Shown: positions 16,497-22,513 of the stretch, one piece after another | Layout: the number at the start of each line of letters is the position of its first letter | Position numbering within the stretch: the first letter of the stretch is position 1 | DNA from: Pseudomonadota bacterium | GTDB taxonomy: Bacteria; Bdellovibrionota_G; JALEGL01; DATDPG01 | DNA length: 22,513 nucleotides | Assembly: GCA_043804515.1 (NCBI GenBank) | Contig: JAZDIZ010000002.1 | Span: 1-22,513 of the forward strand | Reading direction: 5' to 3' | The notes under the pieces: model-generated | What the model was told of the DNA's origin: nothing | Databases searched by the model: none | Seen by the model: only the letters and a program-made list of their open reading frames with translations | Translations under genes and position numbers: made by a program

Positions 16497-17483
16497 TTAG
16501 AACCAGTGAAGGCCGGCGGCCGACAGAATCCCGAACAGAAGCTGCAGTTTAATGGTTGCGGCGCAGCCGCGGGCGAGCGAGCGGTCCCGGTACGAGAGGA
16601 ACATGACCCTCGCGGCGTAGAGAGCCAGTGGCAGCGTGATCAGCGGCAGAAGGCCGCCCGCGGAGAGAAGCCCGTAGGCCACCATCCCCGCCTGTACGAC
16701 GAACGCCGCTCCGAGCAGTGCCACGTACCCCCATCTTGCCTTCCTCTTCCCGAGTACCACCACGAGATGGTTCTTTCCCGTCGCCTCATCGGAAGCGGCG
16801 TCCGGGAATTGATTGATCCAGAGGATCGCGACCGTGAGGAGGCCGATCGGAACGCCGATCCAAAAGTCGGCTGCCGAAAGCGATCCACTCAGAACGTAGG
16901 CCGTGCCCGCCGCGACCAGGACCCCGAAATTCAAGCCGATCAGGAACTCGCCGACGCCCTTGCGTGCCACCAAACGGAGCGGGGGCGCCGTATAGAAATA
17001 TGCCGAGAAAGCTCCGACCAGGCCGATGACGAGAATCGCCGTCCTTCCGGCGGCCAGAAAGCAGCCCCCCACGCCGACCGCAATCAGGAGCGCGACCGAG
17101 GCGACCGCGAACAGGCCGCGCTCGGAGATGAGGCCGAGGTCGACGGCCCGGCTTCCCCCGGTAAACGGCGCCAGGTAATCGATGTTCACGCGATCCGTCC
17201 CGCTCCGCCAGTCGAAGTAATCGTTGAACGTGTTCGCGGCCGTGTGGATCGCCGCGGCGCCCAGAAACGCGAGCGGAAACGCCCACCAAGGAACGGGCGC
17301 CGTGGGATGCCGGAAGCCCGCCCACGCGGCGCCGATCAAGACGGAAACGAGGGAGGCCGAGAGAAACGGGAGCCTCAAAATCGTTGCCCACTTCAGGAAC
17401 ACGCCCCGGATTCCCGGCCGGAGCATGGCCTCCCGAAAGGCCGCATCGTACCTGGGATCGTCCACGCCGGAGCGCTCGTTCAT
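16497..17483 (-). CDS. menA: 1,4-dihydroxy-2-naphthoate prenyltransferase (UbiA/MenA family)
   Basis: R.PFL.AS, N..NDYFD..SG.D, GGSR, YT.PP..L...G.GE, IN..PD...D...GK..L.V.LG. Start 17483 overlaps the upstream stop (ATGA). Confidence 0.88.
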   Translation of the reverse strand: MNERSGVDDPRYDAAFREAMLRPGIRGVFLKWATILRLPFLSASLVSVLIGAAWAGFRHPTAPVPWWAFPLAFLGAAAIHTAANTFNDYFDWRSGTDRVNIDYLAPFTGGSRAVDLGLISERGLFAVASVALLIAVGVGGCFLAAGRTAILVIGLVGAFSAYFYTAPPLRLVARKGVGEFLIGLNFGVLVAAGTAYVLSGSLSAADFWIGVPIGLLTVAILWINQFPDAASDEATGKNHLVVVLGKRKARWGYVALLGAAFVVQAGMVAYGLLSAGGLLPLITLPLALYAARVMFLSYRDRSLARGCAATIKLQLLFGILSAAGLHWF

Positions 17484-18040
17484 AAAGCCCTCCCGCGAAG
17501 GGCGCTGACCACCTTCGAGAAATCGAACTTGGACGTTTTCAGGAACAACCCCATGGACGCTTGAAACAGAGCCGCTGCTCGTTCCATCTTGGAAATCCGG
17601 CGGAGAGCCTCTTCGGAGGCTTTGCCCGAATGAGAGCCCAGATCCCTCGCGCGCCCAAGATCCCCACGGAGCCGCGAGACCAGCTTCGACTCCCGCTCCC
17701 GAATCACCCTGCCTACCATCCCCATGAAGTCGGTCTCGGCCTCGAACACCCACACCGGGTCGGACCCCACGCGCACGCGCCGGATCGTTCCCCACTGCTC
17801 CAGTTCACGGGTGATGATCGATGCCGCGCCCTTTGAGAGTCCCAGGGCGGACTTGAGTTCCGCCGCGCTCATGGGCGTTCCCCGAAGGTACAGAACGCAC
17901 CAGACGCGCCCGTGGTTCCACTTGAATCCCCAGAATTGAATCGCGTCCCCCACCGCGTTGACGACGATCCGTTCCCACTCCTCCAGCCGGTCCGCAGGCC
18001 CTGCCCGCCCGTTTTCGCGGGATTCCGTTTCTCCGCTCAT
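17480..18040 (-). CDS. GbsR/MarR-family transcriptional regulator
   Basis: G.....WGF....GR.W..LYL...PM.A.EL...LGLSKG..S....EL..WG winged-helix signature. ATGA overlaps on both sides. Confidence 0.85.
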   Translation of the reverse strand: MSGETESRENGRAGPADRLEEWERIVVNAVGDAIQFWGFKWNHGRVWCVLYLRGTPMSAAELKSALGLSKGAASIITRELEQWGTIRRVRVGSDPVWVFEAETDFMGMVGRVIRERESKLVSRLRGDLGRARDLGSHSGKASEEALRRISKMERAAALFQASMGLFLKTSKFDFSKVVSALRGRAL

Positions 18041-19029
18041 TCCGCCCCTTTCGTAGGCACCGCCTTCAAGAGCGAGTCCGCCCAAAAGGCGATCCGCTCG
18101 CCGCCCGGCGTCTCCCGGTATTCTCCCAGGAGTTCCACTCCCGCTGAAACTTCGGTCCGAACCAGGGCTTTCACCCGCTCGACGGCGTTTGAAGCCGCGA
18201 TCCGGGATGCCACGTCCTGGACCTGCTCGGGGTCCGGCTCTTCTTGCTCCCAGAGGCACGCGATCGCGTCGCGAACCCGGTCCGACGCTCCCGCAGCCAG
18301 GATGACCGCCGAGTTAAGTTCCTTGTTCCTCAAATCGGAAAACGCGTCTTTCCCGGACGCCGTGCGCACGACGTCCTTGAGGTCGTCCATCATTTGGAAC
18401 GCCAAGGCGAATCGCCGCGTGCAATCCGTCAATCGGCCGAGAACCTCCCCGTGCGCAGTCTCCCAAACGGCCGCCCGGGTGCACCACTCGAACAGCGATC
18501 CGGTTTTCCCGGCCGCCATCTCCCTCCACTCTTCCAAGGAGACATCCAGACGGCCGCGGCTCAGAACCTCGTTGATCGTGGCTTCAGTCATTCGTCCCAC
18601 CACTTCGATCGCCTCCCGAACCACCCCCTCGTCCACGCTCTTGAGCTGCCTGAGCGCCACGGTCAGCAGGAGGTCGCCCGAAAGGATCGCGACCGTGTTC
18701 CCCCATTTCATGTTCGCGGTAGGCCGATGCCGGCGGACCTCCGCGTGATCCACGACATCGTCGTGCAGGAGGCTCGCCGAGTGGATCAACTCGGCGGCCA
18801 CGGCGATATCGATCCATTTGCGGTCGTCCTCCCGAAAAATCCGGCCCGAGTAATAGACCAGGAGCGGGCGGATCCGCTTGGCGGTCTCCGAGAAAATCAG
18901 GTGGCGGGCCGCATCGATAATGAGGTGTCGGCGGTCCGAACCGTTGCCGGACGCATCGATCGGGAGCGCCTCTTCCAGCTTACGCGCCACGGCCCCGAGA
19001 AATGCGGTGGAACGTGGGTCCAAGATCAC
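18037..19029 (-). CDS. ispB: long-chain trans-polyprenyl diphosphate synthase (octaprenyl/heptaprenyl type)
   Basis: KRIRP, ELIHSASLLHDDVVD (small residue 5 before FARM implies long chain), RR, KTG.LF, FQ..DD..D. Start uncertain (GTG 19029 preferred; 19047 or 19083 possible). Confidence 0.9.
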   Translation of the reverse strand: MILDPRSTAFLGAVARKLEEALPIDASGNGSDRRHLIIDAARHLIFSETAKRIRPLLVYYSGRIFREDDRKWIDIAVAAELIHSASLLHDDVVDHAEVRRHRPTANMKWGNTVAILSGDLLLTVALRQLKSVDEGVVREAIEVVGRMTEATINEVLSRGRLDVSLEEWREMAAGKTGSLFEWCTRAAVWETAHGEVLGRLTDCTRRFALAFQMMDDLKDVVRTASGKDAFSDLRNKELNSAVILAAGASDRVRDAIACLWEQEEPDPEQVQDVASRIAASNAVERVKALVRTEVSAGVELLGEYRETPGGERIAFWADSLLKAVPTKGAE

Positions 19030-19035
19030 GCGGTT

Positions 19036-19064
19036 TAGATAGTTCAAATCTCCTTGAACTTCAA
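19036..19064 (-). promoter_or_regulatory. putative promoter with embedded palindromic operator for the quinone operon
   Basis: TTGAAG-N17-TATCTA on the minus strand. The spacer is spanned by the palindrome AGTTCAA-N6-TTGAACT (19041-19060). Confidence 0.55.
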
Positions 19065-19428
19065 GAGCGCTTCCCCGGCCCACGATCCTGGACGGTCACC
19101 GGGCCATATCGAGCGCCCAAGCCCGCCGGAAGGCCCTCAGAGGATCCCAAGAAATTCCCAAGGCCCACAACGCCCATCCCCGTTTCGCCCAGGCTCCCGG
19201 GAAATTCACCATCCCCTACGTTTTAAGAGGAGATTCGCCCGCGATCCAGCTGCCTTGTTTCTATTTCTGCCTAAGTGTCCGTCAGGCAACCGGAATTTCC
19301 GGTTTTCCAGCCCCTGGAATATCGATTACTTGTGGGTTTTGCGGCGCATTTTTGACGTATTTTTGGGATTTGTTAATACTATTTGACTGTTATTTGGATA
19401 TTTATCCCACCTGGCACACATTTGTGAT

Positions 19429-19770
19429 CTAAGCCCGCAGCGTCCTTCGGAAAATTGGCCTATAGATCCGCCGTTTTCTCGCCCACTTCAGGATGATGTC
19501 ATTTAACACCTTGAAATTCCTGCTGTGATCCATATGTTTCAAGTGGGCAAGTTCATGGCAAAGTGTGTTGATTAGGTTCGGATACCGCAGGAATTTCCTA
19601 TCCCTCAGCCTGTGAAGCCGAAGGCGGATTACGCGATCTTCGCCACAGCTTCCGTACCGGCTTGTAACACGAGGCGACTCCTTCATTATAGCTAAGTACC
19701 TTAAACGAAACCGTTTTGCTATGCGTTTTCCATCCCGGCGTATTTTGGCTAGAAGCTTTTTCTCGCCCAT
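19429..19770 (-). CDS. small, very basic zinc metallopeptidase (WLM/SprT/YgjP-like zincin)
   Basis: YG.C....IRLRL......F..Y..L..TLCHELAHL.H..H...F (HExxH plus third His). Start ATG 19770 with AGGTGAGG upstream. Confidence 0.75.
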   Translation of the reverse strand: MGEKKLLAKIRRDGKRIAKRFRLRYLAIMKESPRVTSRYGSCGEDRVIRLRLHRLRDRKFLRYPNLINTLCHELAHLKHMDHSRNFKVLNDIILKWARKRRIYRPIFRRTLRA

Positions 19771-19876
19771 AGCACACCCCTCACCTTTTATTGTACGGGA
19801 ATTTCCGAAAAAGAGCACTAGGCCCGAAAATCCCCGAAAGAATTGGGATTTTCACGCGAAAAATGGCGATAATGGC

Positions 19877-21712
19877 CTATTTTTCTATGATTTTGAACTC
19901 TACACGCCGGTTGGCCAAGCGTCCCTGCTTCGTCGCGTTTGAGGCAATCGGTCGGCTTAGGCCGTAACCCACGGTCGCTAATCGATCAATTTCAACTCCC
20001 TGGGTGGCCAAATAGGCCCGTACGGCGTCCGCACGGCGCTGAGAGAGCTTCACGTTGGCTTCGGCTGACCCCGTCGAGTCGGTATGCCCGCCGATCTCAA
20101 CGTTCCGGATCTCCGGGTGGTACTTTAGGAGGCGCGCAACACGATCCAGGATCTTCATCGAATTGTCCGTCAATTGATCGCTTCCCGAGACAAACGCGAT
20201 CGACTGTTTCAGCGTGATTGATTTGGCTTCGAGCTTCACGTCCGTCGGGGCGATCTGGATCTCCGACGCCATTTCGTGCCCCTCGATCACTTCGATGGAC
20301 GGAGATTCGCCTCGTTCGTCCCCCCGGTCCGCCACGATTCGGTAGACGCCGACCGGCAGTCTCAGCGTCAGCTGGCCCGAATCATCCGTTTCCATGGGCT
20401 GTACCTGCGGAAGGTCGGGCAACGACACGACGGCCTTCGCGCCTTGGCCCGCGGAATCCTTCACCTGCAGCAACACCACACCTTTCGAGGGTTGGGCACG
20501 CCCGAGCACAAAATCTTTCCGAACCTCGGCCGCGGCGGCGAGCTTCACCGATTCGGTACGCGTGTCGTACCCATCCGCGCTCACCGTCACTTTGCAGTCC
20601 CCGTCCGGGAGAGGATAGCTCCGGTACCGGCCCTTTTCGGAATCGGTCACGATCGGGCTCACCTGCGTACCGCACAGCTGGATTTCGGCGCCGCCCACGG
20701 GCTGGTTTGTCTTTTCCTCCGTCACGGTTCCGACCAATACGGCCGTCGGCGTGGCTTGAGCTGCGGGCTGCGGTTGGGCCTCTTTCACCCGGCCGTAGGC
20801 TCCGAAGGCGTATGTAAGTCCCGCGATCAGTTGCCAATCCGGCTCGCGAACGACGCGATTGGCATCGTGTGTGGCGAAGAAACCTATGTCGCCGGCGGCT
20901 TCCAGGGCCAACGCCTCGTTCTTGGTCGGGAAATACCGGAGCCCTAGCGTGACCCGTTGGGGTTTATCCTTGTAGCCGGCGTTCGGCGTTCCGAACGTCT
21001 GCTCCGTAGAATACTCGGCGCTGAAGACGACGCGCTTCACCGGTACCTCGAATCCCACCGCCGCAATGATCGCATTGAATCCGAGGACCCCGTACGCAAC
21101 CCGCGCTTCCTCGGGGGCCGCGACATCCAGCAGATGCTTTGTGCCGTCCCAGCGGTACCCCGCGTTCAAATGCGCCCGGAACGGAAAATTCCGCCGAAGA
21201 CGATCCAGCGTGGCTGCCGCAATGAGGTCGTAGGTATAAGCGTGGCTGTGAAAGTCCAGATCCGTCGCGTTCTTCTGAAAGTGTCCCACAAAAATCGGCC
21301 CCAAGGCGATCTCGGATCCCAGGTCGTAGGCCGCCTTTAATCCGTAATCGAGATTTCCCACCTGCTGCAGAAGGTTCACGGTAGTATCGTTGTCGTTCGT
21401 GAACGCCCAACCCGACGCGAAGATCTCGATCGGCGCGATCGGCGTGTAGGCGACGGACACCCGCCCCGAGAGCTTCTTCGTGTTCTGCCCGGCAATAGGG
21501 AAGCCTTTCATGTCGAAGTAGCCGGAGGTCACGCTCATCGTGAAGGACCCGGGCCCGTAAAACCCGCGTTCCGCGGAGAACGTGCGAAAGAGCCCGACCG
21601 GGCCTATGGGGTGCGGAGCCAGGAGCCTCCGTTCCGCGGAGGGGGACCCTTCCGCGAGCGCGAGAGATGCCGAACAAAGGATCAGAAATAGGAAAGCGTA
21701 GAACCGGGACAT
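19877..21712 (-). CDS. outer-membrane protein: N-terminal beta-barrel-like region, carboxypeptidase-regulatory-like domains, C-terminal OmpA peptidoglycan-binding domain
   Basis: Signal peptide MSRFYAFLFLILCSASLALA. LVG.V.E......V.GA.I...G.Y....L..G...V.VSA.GY. C-terminal I.F..GS..L...GHTDS.G....N..LS.RRA..V..YL...G.G..RP...N...GR..NRRVEF. Confidence 0.85.
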   Translation of the reverse strand: MSRFYAFLFLILCSASLALAEGSPSAERRLLAPHPIGPVGLFRTFSAERGFYGPGSFTMSVTSGYFDMKGFPIAGQNTKKLSGRVSVAYTPIAPIEIFASGWAFTNDNDTTVNLLQQVGNLDYGLKAAYDLGSEIALGPIFVGHFQKNATDLDFHSHAYTYDLIAAATLDRLRRNFPFRAHLNAGYRWDGTKHLLDVAAPEEARVAYGVLGFNAIIAAVGFEVPVKRVVFSAEYSTEQTFGTPNAGYKDKPQRVTLGLRYFPTKNEALALEAAGDIGFFATHDANRVVREPDWQLIAGLTYAFGAYGRVKEAQPQPAAQATPTAVLVGTVTEEKTNQPVGGAEIQLCGTQVSPIVTDSEKGRYRSYPLPDGDCKVTVSADGYDTRTESVKLAAAAEVRKDFVLGRAQPSKGVVLLQVKDSAGQGAKAVVSLPDLPQVQPMETDDSGQLTLRLPVGVYRIVADRGDERGESPSIEVIEGHEMASEIQIAPTDVKLEAKSITLKQSIAFVSGSDQLTDNSMKILDRVARLLKYHPEIRNVEIGGHTDSTGSAEANVKLSQRRADAVRAYLATQGVEIDRLATVGYGLSRPIASNATKQGRLANRRVEFKIIEK

Positions 21713-21788
21713 GGGTTTTCGTATATCTCCGCGGGGGGGTGACTGCAAGGAAGTTTCGCCCCCTGCGCACCCATGTTATCGTGGCTTT

Positions 21789-22061
21789 GTGCCTCTGGAT
21801 GGAAACCCGAAAAAGTTCGCGATGGATGTGGCCGTCGGCCTCGTATACGTCAACCAGTCCACGCTCAAGCGCTTCTCACAACCCGAGATCCAGAAGATCA
21901 GCACGGGCATTCAGACGGTTCAAAAAGAGCTCCGGACGCAGAACGTCGAGGCGGGGGATTATCAGGCCCTCAAGGACAAGGGGCTCAAGCTTCAGCGCCT
22001 GAACGGCGCGATGATGGCGATACGGATGTACGCGAGAGACAAGCGCTTCACCGTCAGCTGA
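21789..22061 (+). CDS. small hypothetical protein (recalled as conserved in deltaproteobacteria)
   Basis: 90 aa, GC-biased third codon positions. G.P...A.D.A.G..Y.....LK.F...ELR......D...LK....KL.RLN.A...IR pattern. GTG 21789 chosen as start, avoiding overlap with the divergent OmpA gene. Confidence 0.65.
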   Translation: MPLDGNPKKFAMDVAVGLVYVNQSTLKRFSQPEIQKISTGIQTVQKELRTQNVEAGDYQALKDKGLKLQRLNGAMMAIRMYARDKRFTVS

Positions 22062-22155
22062 CTTCGAACAATCATCTGCTTCAACATAAGGACCTAGGCG
22101 GGGTGGACGAGTTTAGAACCTGGTGTAGGGGGCCCATGGTTGTGCGTTCAAATAT

Positions 22156-22513
22156 TTAGTCTGTTTTCTGATCTAGGCGTTTCAGCTCTGCGGAGCCGAC
22201 ACCAAAAAGGCCCACGTCCAATCCGGCGGCCTTCAGGGTCTTTGTAGCCTCGGAATAAAGTATCCAGACGAGCAAAAGGCTTAGGACAGGGACAAACATG
22301 CCCACCACCCAAGGAAGTACGGACCTTCTTAGAGCTCTGGCCATTCGGTAGGCACCAATTGTCATGGCCAAAATGCTAAGGACACTAACGGCAAGGTTCG
22401 CGACTTGCGTTTTATCTCCCCATCCGTGCATCGACGGTATGAAGAAGAGGCTGGCGAGGAATGCCAAAATCAAAACTTTTTGAGCTTTGCCTATCGCCTT
22501 CAGTTCAATCGCG
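22156..22513 (-). CDS. small membrane protein, probably 5'-truncated by the window edge
   Basis: Three hydrophobic segments and a C-terminal AT..LK.AG..VGLFG. The frame appears open beyond 22473 toward the edge. Lower GC than the core genes. Confidence 0.55.
   Translation of the reverse strand, partial: AIELKAIGKAQKVLILAFLASLFFIPSMHGWGDKTQVANLAVSVLSILAMTIGAYRMARALRRSVLPWVVGMFVPVLSLLLVWILYSEATKTLKAAGLDVGLFGVGSAELKRLDQKTD

Noticed and set aside
3786..17564. Long antisense ORFs (3786-4799, 8384-9706, 10264-11262, 14190-15476, 16182-17564)
   Set aside because: Shadow ORFs expected opposite genes in high-GC DNA. No recognisable motifs.
14925..18259. Long N-terminal extensions on folK, menA and the GbsR regulator in the ORF track
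   Set aside because: Each overlaps the upstream gene in another frame. Homology begins at internal ATGs 14924, 17483 and 18040.
19411..19427. TGGCACACATTTGTG as a sigma54 promoter
   Set aside because: The -12 GC is missing or mis-spaced and no gene follows on that strand.
1..22513. CRISPR array, intact tRNA/rRNA, prophage or defence system
   Set aside because: No regularly spaced repeats, complete cloverleaf or recognisable phage/defence genes were seen by eye. SBBP repeats are protein-level only.

Overview
GC-rich chromosomal window from a diderm bacterium. A Bdellovibrionota/deltaproteobacterial affinity is inferred from the gene content. The standout is a compact locus with TWO different bacterial histone-fold genes on opposite strands around panD. 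One resembles Bdellovibrio Bd0055 (5270-5464, -) and is followed by an atypical REC-PilZ-membrane protein. The other resembles face-to-face histones (6127-6333, +) and is followed by an orphan EutL-type microcompartment shell gene and ttcA. The window also holds a c-di-AMP (ydaO) riboswitch ahead of a kimA K+ transporter, whose pseudoknot would occlude the Shine-Dalgarno. Two paralogous SBBP beta-propeller lipoproteins share an IHF-like + sigma54 promoter layout. Other genes: thyA-folA, trmL/orn, an Omp85-family protein, a menaquinone-tail operon (ispB-GbsR/MarR-menA-menG-nucleoside phosphorylase-folK) with a candidate operator, a small basic WLM/SprT-like protease, an OmpA-domain protein, and an IS5-family remnant. 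All calls come from reading the sequence and recalled family motifs. No database searches were run.
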